From Pavona decussata (taxonomy: Eukaryota): a stretch of 63,878 nucleotides of DNA. Below the pieces are notes generated by a model. The model ran no database searches. It was not told the DNA's origin and was given only the letters and a program-made list of their open reading frames with translations. Below, piece by piece: positions 26,564 to 40,133 of this stretch. Location: assembly GCA_977016875.1 (NCBI GenBank), contig CDRNST010000008.1:3720123-3784000 (forward strand), in the 5' to 3' direction. Within the stretch, counting starts at the first letter, position 1; each line of letters starts with the position of its first letter. The position numbers and the translations under genes are program-made.

Positions 26564-28432
26564 GCTCTAGCAACACTGATATCCCATAGCGAGAGTGATT
26601 CACAGGTTTTAAACTCAGACCAACATTAACAGAGTGCCAATAACTGTGCACCACTGCCCATTTACATCTCGCCAAACTTGATCTAGCCTCGTTCTCTCGC
26701 TATTGTGACATAGACTTTAACATATACAGTTGAATCTCCAATGAGAAGAGGTGTCCGTGCGGGCGCAGCACCTAAAAGGTATACCAATATTTACAGTGAA
26801 TTCAATAGAAAACAACAAACGTAGCAACCTGAGTTGCCGGTAAACATCAGCAAGGTCACCATTCATGGCAGTGTATGCCAGGATAGTTCTGTGATACAAA
26901 GGAGATATCGCGCTAACAGACTCTTGGGCCGGGAATGCTTTTCTCACCGCGCATAGGCTCTTGAGTTGACGTCTGTTTGTAGGACGAAGTTTCCTGGGAA
27001 GTATCAAGTTGGTGAGTGGATTTATTTCGCTATTGCCCTTAGAATCATAGATGGAATGATGCTATACTACTTTCCCCCCGTTTTCAAAGCTGAAGCCGCT
27101 TACGCGCAAGTAAATGTGTTCGATAAAATCATCTCAAAGAACATGGTGAATGAAATTAACTCAGCCAACGTGTTGAAAATGGAACTCAGCCAGCGTGCTA
27201 AAAGAAATAAGCCTAGCCAACTTAACAACAAATAGCTTTTTCTTTAATTCATCACTCAGATACAGATAATCAGAATCAAACTCACCTGTTGTCAGAGTAT
27301 ACTGCAAATGGTAAAAATCAGTTTCCACATGCATTAAGAACCTAAATAGAAAAGACATTTTCAGTCACCATTTTAACTCTCAGCAAAATTAATAACGCTG
27401 CATTACTACAAAATTATGAATTGCTTTCTTTTCAGTAACACCTTGAATTGTTTTCAAACACCCCTCCTCTGACCCACTTCCTTACCGTCACTTACACGAG
27501 TTAAATTTTTTACGTATTTGTTTTATTTTATTTTTATTTTCAAGTCAGTATTTCAAACTACATCACAGAACCGTTTTATGCATGTTGGAAGATACTGAGA
27601 AGATATACTTACGTTTGGAAGATTGAAAGAGTCCCTGCCAAACGTGACAGGCAATTGCCGTTTGGCTGGATAACTGAGCACACAGTTTCGATTTGTCCAT
27701 CCTGACACTCTTAAAATTATGCCGTATGACTTCGTGATGTTTTTCGGGTCAGTAATACTATAAAGAATCTTCCACAATGTCATTTACTCATTCCAGTACA
27801 ACACTGGAATGACTAGGAGTGAGAAGCAACAGCTTTTATATCACTGAAGCCTTTTACAGAGTTAAGCAGCATTTCCAAAAACACGAAACATGAAACTTTT
27901 TTTTTTTTTTGCAAAACTTGACCAATGACCATACTTTGCCGCATCAGATTATGCCATTACCCTCCAGCAGAGCTCTAAGAGCAAGCAAAAATCAAGATAA
28001 CAATGTAGCTGTTTGTAATTCGTTCCCTTCTGCCGCATTCTTCAGAAAGCGTGAACAAAAGAAGGATCTTCCTTGGAATGCCTAAAAACTTTAACGCGAA
28101 GGTGATGTTGGGACCACCCACTTCCATATTTTTAACCTGTGCTTTTTCTCCACCTCGTTTCTGGGAGCGCCATTAAAAGGCAAACGTCAAACATTAGATT
28201 TATTTTGGACTCTACGCTTTTATTTAATTAATTTTACACTCTGCTTTTTTTTTTCTTGTCGGAAACTACGTATTTGAGTTTTATAAATGTTACCCTAAAA
28301 GAGCCGACGTCACGATTGGCTGCTTCATGACGCCAGGCTCCTTTCTCGACGATTGCTACAACAACCAATTAATGTCATTAAAAAATGGCTGATACCGAGA
28401 TAATACGATTATACGTTACACGAAAAAAAAAA

Positions 28433-29830
28433 CAACGTTTTGAAGTCTTGATGAAATTATTGTCAAGATAAAATGTGTATGTCAGAAGGTCGTTTCAACT
28501 CTGCGAAAAAGGACACTAATGCATGCACGGATGGAGTCGGACTGGATTCCGGCTTAAACAAAAGAAACCTTCAGAAAAAGAAAACAAGAAGGAAAAAATG
28601 CAAAACAAAACAAAAAACATTCATAGACCAAGCAACTCAGCCGTTTGCGTAGACATCCAGTCGCACGGATGAGAAAAGTTCGCATGGATATCAAGTTATC
28701 AAATCAAGCTCTCAGTTGTGTTTGAAGCTGCCTTGGTACGAGTGCCTGCAGCGTGTAGCAGATATAACCCTCATCAAACAGGTCACAGTGAAAATTAAAA
28801 ACAGCGCCGGTGTTGTTAACTGTCTATCGGCGGTTTGGTTCTTCTTATTAATCATGACCTCATGACCATTTTTTTGGGCTATTATAGACTGGTTTAAATT
28901 CTTTGCCAAACAAGGTCTCAGTCTTAGTTGTCTACGAATGACGTCCGCTGCATCTTCATTTGGTCTTAAAATAACATTTCTCTTTGGATTTTTTTCTGGG
29001 TGACTGAATTAGATTGGGCAAAGTTCGTGGGATATTTGAGAGGATATAACGGTATTGTGAGATGGTCACCTGATTCCTCGAAGAAATAGTACCAGCAGGC
29101 CTGGTTGAGCATGGCTTAGCACAAGTAAGTAGTGATCCTTTGTAAGTGATGTCAACATGTCTTTGGTTAAAGCAAGACCAATGATGGTGGGTTTTCTAGA
29201 CACCTTTTTGATTGTTGCTAGCCCTCATTATGTGTAAATTTGAACGACTGGCACAGATGTCAGATTTCCACTGTCAGTTGAACAGAGGGAGGTTTCACTG
29301 ATTACTTTCAAGGAAAAAATTGATCCGTAAACAGTGCAGAAAGAGGGAATGTTTTATTCTTCCAGAATATTCTTCTGTGAAAATATAAGGGGGCCAACTC
29401 ATTTACACACCATCTTCTTGCTGGTTTGGGTTACCGTAAAACTCAAATAGCAATCGGGCGTTGTTGGAGAGAGACGAAGGTTCAGTGAGGTCGGACTTTA
29501 TGACGGCTCAGCTTGTTAATTTTATTTTGGAGTTAATTATTCGCTTCGTTTTACTGTTTTCAGTTGGAATCTAAATATTTAGTTTTGTTTTTTTTTGGAT
29601 ACAGGGAACAAACATCGTACGATATCTGCACAAAAAAACATTCATCCTCTCAATTGAAATCCATTCTTTGGATGTTTTAACAGGCTTCCAAACGAGATCG
29701 GTGTTATTTCTTGTCCTCTTAGGTTGATCGCATCACTAGCCGCTTCTTTTGTGTTTTTGCTCGCCAGTCTCGAGCCTTAGCAGATAGAGCCAACAATCGA
29801 TTTAGATTGTTTATTTTAAAAGACCGAATC
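28433..29830 (-). mobile_element. Decayed Penelope-like retroelement (RT + GIY-YIG)
   Basis: Frameshifted motifs in the expected order on minus: ISYDVCSLY; KSDLTE...FEFYGN..QQEDGV; KVSRKPT..G; HVDITYK; LKYP; FHCDLFDEGYICYT; QSDSIRA; then a decayed terminal motif CTTGACAAT...AAAACGTTG. Confidence 0.7.
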
Positions 29831-30429
29831 TACAATAGGTGCTTCTTCTTCTGTGGGAATAGTTAATTTCTGGGTCCCATCTCTACACAATAGAGAGTTT
29901 GATGAAGACGCTTGATCACTTATCTGGTTTTGGGACAACTCTGACTGTGCCATATATCTAGAAGTGGTTATTTGTTCTTGGTAACGTTTCTTGGTGCCTT
30001 TTCGTCTTTTCGTACAGGCTCCAGGTTTCCAGACCTTTTCTAAACTGAGTTCTATTTCCACTGAAAATGTACACAGAGGGATGAAATGCTTTAACACTCA
30101 ACAACGCACTGATCTTCGAAAGAACAGTACCATATGTATGACGACATATCAGTTCTTTTCTCCGATCACGAGGAGTGTGTGTAGAACTTTTATGTTTACA
30201 TTTGTAATTAAAGTATCTTGATGTGGGAAACAAGGAAAGAATGCAATGTGCACTGCCAGTTAAGTATTATTTAAATGGATTCTATCAGTATAAATTTCCT
30301 AATACGGCCAGACGCGAGGGAGGTTTATATATGAACGTCTTACGAAAACGTTTCTTTGACAGATTACGGCTGACAGTAGATTAGCTCACATTTATAGTTC
30401 GTATAAAGTTTATATTAAACATAAAGCTG

Positions 30430-31690
30430 AGTGGCTAGCGATGTGACAAAACTAGTAGGCTACGAGCATGTATAGAGCTGCAGCAGAACATAAAGGCTCT
30501 CGAGAAATGATAGAATATATCAAATCAACGGCGAAGAAATTTTGGTGTCGAGCGATGTTTCTCCCTTGTACCAAGGAATAATCCCCTGAAAAAGCATTTA
30601 GATATGTGTTGAGATTTTCAGTGAAATTCGAAAATCACGACCTGAACATTCTTGAGTCTGACCTCCCTGAGTTTTTTAGAGTTGCCACAAAAGACTACCT
30701 ACATTATTTCAGAGGGCAATTGTAACGAGCAAAAAAAAAAAACAGATGATGTAGTAATGCGATCCCCCTTAGGCCTTCTAATTTCGTCTACATGTTTGCG
30801 CCTGACTGAATCAAATCTTCGCTGATATGAAATTCCCCCTCTCTTCATAAGATAAGTCACAAAACACTGTTTACGTTGTCTGTAGAATTGTAAACCGTTT
30901 TTTCCTCCCTTCCTTGGAAATCATTGTACGTAACAAACTTAAACTAAACCCGCCAACAATTTTCTTTTGCTTCATCACCAAGCCTTGAATAAATATGTTA
31001 TCAGTGACATCACTACATATCATGACAGCTCAATCGGTTTTCAATCTTTAATGATCACAGCATTAGCTCTATGAGGAAAGTAGTCCTATTAAAAATACCC
31101 TACAAACGTTGTTTAACTTATCATTATCCAATTCTTTGTTTACAAGACAGCAGATCTACCGTCCACTCATTTCGGCGACCAAGTTAGAAAGTTAGACTGT
31201 TTAAAGGAAATCTTTTTGCCATTGTTAAAGAAAATAGCAGCAGACACAGAAAAACTAAACCACAATGTCTCGTAAAGAATTCAAGCCAGTCAAGAGAGGA
31301 CCTTCATCCTCTCTTGAGCCAGTCTATACTATAGTTTAAAAACTGTCGAGAGGTCAGTATTATAACAACGATAAATATCACCGATAGTCAATCAACAGTA
31401 CGCTGTGTAAATTTTTGTGTGACCTTTGTGAGGGAATCCGTGTCCAACGCAGCGGAAGAACACTCAAGATCTTCCGCTACAAAACAAAAAGTAAAAAAAA
31501 AAACATGAACTGTGAACTCAACCGTTCCTTAAAGTTATTTATATCCAATGCAACAAAACAAAACAAAAAGTTCTGCCGACCTTTTGACATTATTGTTTGA
31601 ACCTGAATATAGCGTCACAAAAAGTCGGATTTTTACTCATATCACTTATTTTCATTGAAAACGATTGTCCAAAACTTCGTTAATAAGAAC
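30430..31690 (+). mobile_element. Decayed Penelope-like retroelement (RT + GIY-YIG start)
   Basis: Degenerate ILVSSDVSPLY; DL..FFRVATKD...FRGQL..Q..DDVVMRSPLGL (DGVAMGSPLGP-like); PIVNQQ...CDLCE. Ends are approximate. Confidence 0.62.
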
Positions 31691-31958
31691 TTTGTATATG
31701 CACAGTTGTAACGATTTAATCAGGATGTCGTTTAATATTATGCTATCTTAGATAAAACAAATTCCCTTTCGGATTATCAAAAAGTGCAAAGAACAGACTC
31801 AGCCTGCCTAGAGTCCTCTTTCAAAACATCCTCCAAATAAAACACAAACAAAGCCAAACCACGAAATCCGACAGCTTGGTTAACATATCAATAAACCAAC
31901 TCCTTATAAAAACAAAATTGTCTGCAATGGTATACTTTTGATTTAAGCACATTGTCAA

Positions 31959-32314
31959 AGGGGCAATGTCACTTATAAATCTTTAGCGTCACTTTGAATT
32001 GACAATAAACATTTGCATCGATGGAAAAGTTAAAATAATGGTTCAGTTTTGTTAGCAATTCAATTACTTTACTAGTTCACAGAAACTAGAGTTCCTTTGG
32101 CTGCGGATGGCCGGGATGGAAAAAATCACGTTTCCTCTGTGCGCTGGGAAAAATCACAAAAAATGGAGTATGGAAACGTTCATACTTCAAGCCGAAATCA
32201 CTTGAAATTTCTTCTTTGGCGCTAGGAGCAATTGCTTCTTTGAGCAAAGGTAATTTGTCAAAACTTTGCGCATTCTTTTCCAAAACATAGCAAAATTCCC
32301 TTGACAATGACCTT
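31959..32314. mobile_element. Kolobok-like non-autonomous DNA transposon
   Basis: TIRs AGGGGCAATGTCA / TGACAATGACCTT with flanks TCAA (left) and TTAA (right), consistent with a TTAA TSD carrying one mutation. Confidence 0.6.
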
Positions 32315-32568
32315 TTAAGGAGACACTTCCCGCGGAGAAAACGTTAACTGAGTTAAGAGACCCGTTGAAATATTGGCCAATAGTTGGAGCAAATGTAAGA
32401 TTCTCTGTCAGTGTAAACGACTGAGTGTAGAAGGTGATTGGTGCATCGTGAATGACAGACATAACGCCATTATGAGTCAGCGGCGACGCATTTCAATCAG
32501 TGATGGCTTTCAAAGAAGCGACCCTATTTTACACACCCAATGCACGGTAATCACATTGCGCTAACAAG

Positions 32569-34631
32569 ATGGCGTCGAGATGTCGCACATTTTCGTCTTT
32601 TCATCCTGTTAATCTTCCAAGTTGTGGACCAAACAGCTCGTTTTCGATAAGACGACTATTAGATCTCCCAGAAGAGAGTGAAGAAGAACGTTCCCCATCT
32701 TCAGTTAAAAGTTCACCAACCGAAAATTGCTCTCGCGCTCTCCCGCTTGTTCCTCGTGTAGTTCGTCCCATTCTACATAATCGTAGTGATAGCGGTCCAG
32801 GTACTGGTCTCATGAATTGGCAAGATTTCGGTCTCATGCCTTATACTCACCATTGGGCCTGTGGAAGGTTTCCTTTTAGGGACCAGAGATTTCCATTAGG
32901 TAAGTCTATTGAACGCATCTCAAAAAGGTTGTTGTTTGTTCATATTCGGCAAAAACAAAGCGACGAGAACTACAAGCAATTCAGCTTTACCTTTCCGTTT
33001 TGTGTTCTTATCGCTAAAATAAACTGATTATTATTAGTTGGGTGTTCGGATTGATTTATGAACTGTTTAAGGGAAAAAATCAGACTTAGGAGTTAGGACC
33101 ATTTGAAACAGAAACCTATACCAAAGATTGTTGTGCATAAGTTGACAACGTTTGCATTGCGTCGTTCATGGCGCGAAGCAGCGGAGATTTCAATTTATTT
33201 CCAGACCACCAACGTTTTAGTTACTTCTTGGAGCAAGACATTGAAAATTGAAAGTAAGAGAACGAACTGGCGTCGCGAAGGAAACATTTGTTTTGACAAA
33301 AGGGTTTCAATATCCTTTGCTGAGACAAATTTACACAGTAGAGAATGGAATAGCTGAAGTGAACTTCGATTAGTTATAAACAAGTACAGAGTTGCCGTAT
33401 TTTACTGCAGTCCATTAAAACACAGCTGCTAATTTTCGTGCTTAATCTTTATGTCTAATACCATAAACTGACTTTTCAAGACACCGAAAACTCTCTAAAT
33501 TTTAGAGCAGATTCATTGCGCGTACAAAATGGCGTATGAAAATTTTCCATTTCATGCATTCGAGATGAAGTTTCTTTGTCCAAATAAATTGCTTTGTCAA
33601 TGAGCCACTAACTGCAAAGGAGAAGATAGCAATTCAATTTGGAAGATATAAGTGATACCTTCAGAGGAAACTTTACTTCAGGGTACGATAAAATATGTTG
33701 CTGAGCTTCCCAATGCTAACTTACCTTGGTCCCATCTCTGAAGGATTGTAAACCGGCCGTGAAAATAACTGCTTTGGCTAGTTTTATTGCACATCTGTTT
33801 CCCTTTTTTCATTGCCCCATTTTGCAGTTTTTAAAATTCTTTAATTAACTACCCAACCCTCTCCGATGGAAAGATAGAAGGTGATTCGAAAAAAAATATA
33901 ATTTAACTGAATGAACTCTATTTGTCATTTCTTCCTACGAAAGATAAACACGAGGGTAGGCTAATTTTAAGGTAAAGCTGTTATGCCCTATTTCTTGTTT
34001 ATTCTTTTAGCAAAGGGAAGATGTTTATTTCAGATTTAAATTTTTAGATTTTTGTTAACAAAAGCCGTGACTGCCATAAAAAAAAACCTCGACACCACTT
34101 GTTTTCCGTGCCCCTTGTTTGGTATCGCTTGAACTTGTAAAAATCATACTAAGAACTTTTCATTCACACTCCAGTTTTGGTAAAATTGTCTTGTTCTATT
34201 AACATCTTCTGTAATTAGGAATTTTCTCAAAGAAGAAAAGGCGCCCTATGCGAAAGAAGAAACAGCGACCACTGTTTTCGCCGCATCAAATCCAAACCAT
34301 GGAGAAGGAATTCGCCAAACAGCGGTACGTAACGGAGGACAAGAGAGCTGAGCTTGCTTTAGAGGTAAACCTTACAGAAACTCAAGTCAAAACCTGGTTT
34401 CAAAATCGGCGAACAAAGTGGAAAAAGGAAACAAAAGATGAAGCGAGCGCAACCTCAAGCCGCTACAAGGAGGAAATGGAACATGTCTTACTCGCAATGC
34501 AGAGCACGAACCCTTTTTGTCAGAACATTTGTGTTGAGTCGCTTATTAATCCGTTCAGAGTTTGGCCACAGCATTGTGCTGCATTGCCGTTGTTTCCGAC
34601 CATCGATTTTAAAGATTCTTTTGTTCCATAG
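32569..34631 (+). CDS. NKL-subclass homeobox protein with eh1 motif, paralogue 2 (about 247 aa; exons 32569-32899, 34219-34631)
   Basis: eh1 SSFSIRRLLD; donor TTAG|GTAAGT, acceptor TTAG|GA, phase 1. Homeodomain is identical to copy 1 except Q33E. Confidence 0.92.
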
Positions 34632-37116
34632 TTTGCTCTGAAAAAGCAAAGTTAGACTGCTGTGCAGTAGTATTTTTTGGTACTTTTATGTAGCATTTTC
34701 AAGGTAGAAATTCATTTACGTTTTCATTAGAGGGCAGATGAAATTTCGATTTCCTTGCCACACAACATGCTTACGATTAGAAAGTGTAACTTTTTTTATT
34801 TTGTTATTATTATCTGATCCCTTGCTGGGTCTTGCTTTGTATTTATTGCTAAGGTTGGTATAATATAATCAGCTTAGCTAAGAAACTCAATCCAGTGCAT
34901 CTAGTCCTTCTCATACCCAATTTCTCGCCGAATATTTTGCTAACCATACAGTGTATATAGTTTATCTCTCAAAACACGTTTTCCTGCAATGCAGTCAATC
35001 AGTCACTACAGTGTTTTTCAACCGGCTGTACAATACATTCTCCCAACAAGCGTAATTTGCAGTATCCTTGTCAAGGTAAATATTGTTTTCAGACGACAAA
35101 GGTCTGTCAGTTTCGATAGTATCTTTCCTTTTGCCAACAAAACCATTAAAAACTGAGAATAGTTCTGACGAACCCTTTTCACACTGACATGTATCGAGTA
35201 CGAATTGAATACTGATAACCTTCATCCCTTCTGATATTTAACAGAGCCATTTTGAAAGTCGCTACTTGTATTATAAGCTTTGTTGCCGAGCAAATTAAGT
35301 GGTCAGGTAAAGCTGTTAAATGAGTGTCAAGTGCTTTCACACTTTATGGCATCCTAACTGATAACTTCACCTAGAAGGATCTAGTGGCGTTTATCAAATT
35401 ATAGCATATATAGCATAGCAAATTATATTATCATATAAAAATATACATACATACATAGGTTATCATTGTAGCCATGCCCATAGATGTAATAGCCATCGTA
35501 TTACAGTAAAAATAAAACGCTTTGCCATTTCTCAGTGACTATGTATTCTTTTCATGCCTTTCAAATGACCATAAAATTTCTTATTTCGAAGTAAGACTGA
35601 GCTTAGTTCTGTAAATTTACCTCGTTTGTTTTTCTTAGTAGAATTGCTGGGCATTTGACCCTTTTTTAATCGACAAGTTGTTGTTGTTTGTTTTTTTTTT
35701 TCACAGCAATCAACCGGATTCCTTAGCTTCCTTGCATTTTACTGGAACAAGGCCAGCAATCAGACAACTACATGATGAGTTTCCATTGATATCACTACAA
35801 AGTGACTTATATTGTAGAAAACAGTTTTATTCATTAACACACAGAAACTTTCTCGTACAATTTCACTGTTTGAAAAGTTGAGATCTGGCCGAAGAAGGCG
35901 AAATAATATCACGTCTCGGAAAAATACCCGGTGCGGTGACGGGCGTATTTCGTTGTTTCCCGACAATTTCCCAGATGTTCCCGTTATCATGAGATAAAAT
36001 TGTCAGTTGCACTTAAAACGGCCAAATAAATGTTTACTCACGACTTCAGAGCTTCATAACAGCCAGATTAACTTACCAAAACCAACTTTATAGTATATTT
36101 GTGAAGGATAAACCTTTCTGGAGTAAAAAGGCAAATCCGCTTTGCCACAGAGTAGACGAAACCACGTTCATTTGATTCACGTGTTAATTTTCATAAAACA
36201 TTGGGGTTACTAACAATTTCGTCATCCGTTCCTACACCTGTTGTGGAAAGGTTGAAGTTCTGCTTGAAAAGTCTCTGAAATGGAGGTGACATTTACTGAA
36301 CGGTGAACCAGGGAGGTGCGTCACGATTTACCGAGTCTGAAAAGAACAATTTTTGTATCCACAAAGAAGCGACTTCCTTATCGCCCCCCGACATCCCACC
36401 TCCCGCCCCCTTTTCACCACTACAACTAACTGACTCAGTGATAAAAAGGGTAACATGGCGTGACGCTTTTAGCGTGACAAGTTCAAGACATGCATGAATG
36501 AGCTCTGGACCGCGACCATTTTTAAACATACATACATACATTTTATTTAACGTGTCTTCTTCTTCTAGTTAGACGGTGTTTTCCTTCCGTTTTGTAGTTC
36601 ACTTTAGTCCCTACCTCCCATTGCATATTTCACTAAGTTTTTGCTCTCGTCCAATTTAATCAGTTTAGTACCAACACGCACATTCTCTTCACTTTTCTCG
36701 TGCTTTTTATGTTACACTGAGAGAATTTTATTTCCTTTCTTCTTCTGATCTGTATATTTGATATAGAAGTGATACTGTAAGGAGAATTTAGCCGGCGGCG
36801 GTCAAAGCTACCTCAATTTTTTATTTTATTTGATCCTTCAAACCACTGTCAAGTACTGTCGTAAAAACTAAACTTTCAGTGCTATGTTTCTATAAACTAA
36901 TAGGAGTGACCGAGGAACTGTAGTTGATTCAACAAAGTTTAATTCCGCTGGACTACGATTTCATGCCTTAATTTTTTTTTTTTTTTTTTTTTTTTTACAT
37001 ATTTTACCATTAAACATTATATGCTTTCTAAGCAGTTACATATGTTATTCATCTCGACCACAATACTCTCAGTCGTAGATTTACAATTTCGCCCATGCAA
37101 ACAGTGGACAAACGCA

Positions 37117-37170
37117 GAGAACCAACGCTGGATTGATTTTTCTGAGAACCAACGCTGGATTGATTTTTCT
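37117..37170. repeat. Perfect 27-bp tandem duplication
   Basis: GAGAACCAACGCTGGATTGATTTTTCT x2. Confidence 0.9.
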
Positions 37171-38559
37171 TTATCAGGGAAACCGAGTAAACAGTTTAAA
37201 GTTGAAAGGAATTGAGAAAATGGCCTTTCTGTCGATAAGTCAAATCAGGGCGCCACAAAGACAGCTGCAAAGAGTTCACGAAGATCACTGAACACGTAAT
37301 GCAATTCCCCTCATCGGTTTTCCCTCAGTAACGAAACCTAACAGAAAGTCACGATTTTTCAATTGTGACTTTTTAACAGTCTAGTGTCTAAACTTTCTCG
37401 AAGAAGTACAAGAATCACCTATTCAAAACGTAGCGACAAACTGGATAACAAGTCACTTTACGTACTCTTGCGTCCTCGACACACACCTGGGTAAACTCTG
37501 GTTTTGTTTAATGCTAAGAAGTGGGAGGATTCCTCCTGCTATCAATTGTGGTTGTGGCTTGTCAGTTATTCATGTCTTTAAACTCTGAGAACTCTCAAGT
37601 AGAAGCCTAAGTGTGCTGAAACCAAGTTAAGTCACAAAAAAAGTCGAAGCTGTTTAAGTGGTCACTCTCGGGGAGTGGCTGAGTGACCGCCGGCTTAATA
37701 CAGGTTGACCGTTTGCAGGCCACAGAAAAACTGTCAAAAACAATGAAAACACCTCTTTATTTCGGTTTATAGGCACAATTTAAGCGCTCATAAAATCACT
37801 TACTCGGTTAAGAAACTGCACGCAACGATAAAATGGTACGACAAAAAAGAACACGCCATAAAAGTAGGCTAATAAAACATTACTTAAGACTCTTTTTTTA
37901 TGAGCAAAAGTCAGGATTGACCATTAGATTACAAAAATATTTTCATTGACAAACTGAATAAGGGTAATTAAAACTGAGAAAAAATTCACAACATCATGGG
38001 TGACTTCAACATTAACCTTATTAGAAACCAGTCACATAATCTTATACTGATTAGTACCAGTGAGGTTGTGGACATGATTTTATTCCAAACCTTTAATAAC
38101 ACAACCAAGTAGGATTACAAGCAACACTGCTACTCTTATTGACAATATTTTCACTAATGATATTGATAATATTTTAAATAGTATTCTGTACTTTGATATC
38201 TCTGATCACCTGCCATCACTGTAATCGCCAAACTATCAAAAAGCAGAGCGATAAAAGCCAAAAAGTTATCATGCGAAGAGGCTTTAACAAGAATAATCTT
38301 GACAAATTTTAGGAATCCTCATCAAACATTGACTGGTTCAATGTATTATCCTCTACCAATGCCAATGTATCCTATAATAATTTTCTAGAAAAGTTTTCAA
38401 AAACTTATAATTCTTGTGTTCCTTCAATAAAGAAAAAAAACAAAATGTTCAAAGACATCCTAGCTAAACTCTTCATTCCTGAAATCTGTTAAACATAAGT
38501 ATCGATTGTATAAAAAAGTCCAAAACTAATTAAAACTGCTAATTATAAACGATACATTA

Positions 38560-39780
38560 AATGCATCCATTGGTCTCTTCTTTAGTAAAGCTTTTCAATT
38601 TTATTATCAAAAAGGATCATTTTTAAACCAGGAACAAATCAGACCCATTGAATTATAGAGGTATTTGTTGTATTTGTAGAATATCTGGAAGTGCTGCTGG
38701 TCTTGAGAATCAAATTAATCTTCTACACAAATACAGTGAGAAATGGCTCCTGATAACTAATCTGAAGAATCCCAAAACATTAATTTTCCAAGAACAAAAC
38801 CGTAAATCGACAAGAGAAAAATATCGTTTCTTTCTAAATGGGGATTTAATCTATAATGCCCATGAAAACACTAACTTAGGTACAACCTTTTATGGCAATT
38901 TCTCAATTTCTAAGTAAAGAATAGTACAGAAAACCAGAAGATCAATCTCTGCATGTAAGAGATATCTCGACTTTAGTCAACTCCTGATATCTATGTGCAA
39001 CAAACTTTTGATAATTTTTCTCTTTTCTTCTCTATACGTTTACACAGTTCAGAGGTCAGGGGAGCATTCGGCAAAATTGATCTTAAGAAATGGAACAAAG
39101 ATCTCATCGAAAAACTGCATACTCAATTAATTTTTACAAATACTACTCCAAGGACAGGATGAACATTCTATAGTAAAACAATCTCTAAGAATATCTGTTT
39201 ACCTTCATTGTAATGGTCAAACTAGTTTTTTACTCCAGTCTCATGAAGATGAGTGAATACTATAATTTCCCCAACTTTAATTATTAAACACTGAATGAAA
39301 ATAACATCAAACAAGATATAGATCTTATGAAAAAGAAATATATCTCTCATTGGCACCAAACCCTTCAACACTCACAAAAACCCAACTTTTATTACACAAT
39401 CAAAACACCTTATGGCCCCTCTGCTTCTACGAAAGCGTTAGCGAAGCCACAAGCTTTTGATTGAAACAGGAAGATACGACAACATACCCTGTAATGAAAG
39501 GGTGTGTAATGTTTGCAACTGTAAAACCATTGGAGATGAAATTCACTTTTCATTAGATTGCCCAAGCTATTCTTCTTTAAGAGATATGTTCTGATAGAAC
39601 CTAGCCTTCCATTTCCACGACTATTAGCAAGAGGAACTTTACTATCGCATATAATGAGCTTAATTGACTATTTTATAAACACTCAGTTAAATTCATTTGT
39701 TTCCTCGTGCTTCGAATTGAGAGATAAACTTCTCTCCGGAATGATTACTTCTACTGTATGAATAGTTTAAAATAAGCAAA
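38560..39780 (+). mobile_element. 3' fragment of a second non-LTR retrotransposon nested in the LINE
   Basis: DPLNYRGIC, AGLENQINLLHKYSEKWLL, and C-terminal IETGRYDNIP..ERVCNVC...GDEIHF.LDC Cys/His motif, which is out of order for the host LINE. Clade (possibly RTE-X-like) uncertain. Confidence 0.7.
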
Positions 39781-39863
39781 GACTTCAGCTACAAATGTTC
39801 ATCTAGATTTGTCCAAAGCATTTGAAACAGTCAATCATGACATCGTAATCTCTAAACTTGAAC

Positions 39864-40133
39864 GAGTGTGGCCAATGTGCGAGTCAACGAGCCAGCGAGC
39901 CAAACGTGCGAGCCATGCGAGGCATGCAAGCCAAACGTGCGAGCCATGCGAGCCAAACATGCGAGGCTTGCGAGGCACGAACAACCCCCTACATAAATGC
40001 TAACCATTAAGCTAACCGGGCTTACCTGAGTGCTATTTAGGCTAACCGGAGTGTTTTTTAGGCTAACCTAAGTGCCTCGCACGTCTGCCTCGCATGGCTC
40101 GCTGGCTCGCTGGCTCGCAGATTGTCAAGACCC
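39864..40133. mobile_element. MULE-like MITE with 9-bp TSD inside LINE RT
   Basis: Perfect TSD AACTTGAAC (39855-39863, 40134-40142); imperfect TIRs built from GCGAGCCA subrepeats. Excision restores SKLEQYGIRG. Confidence 0.88.

Noticed and set aside
26640-27240. Overlapping 89-96 aa ORFs
   Set aside because: No recognisable domain or splice partner.
32373-32564. 63-aa upstream ORF before paralogue 2
   Set aside because: Starts at TTG, overlaps the conserved promoter motifs and is not preserved in copies 1 or 3.
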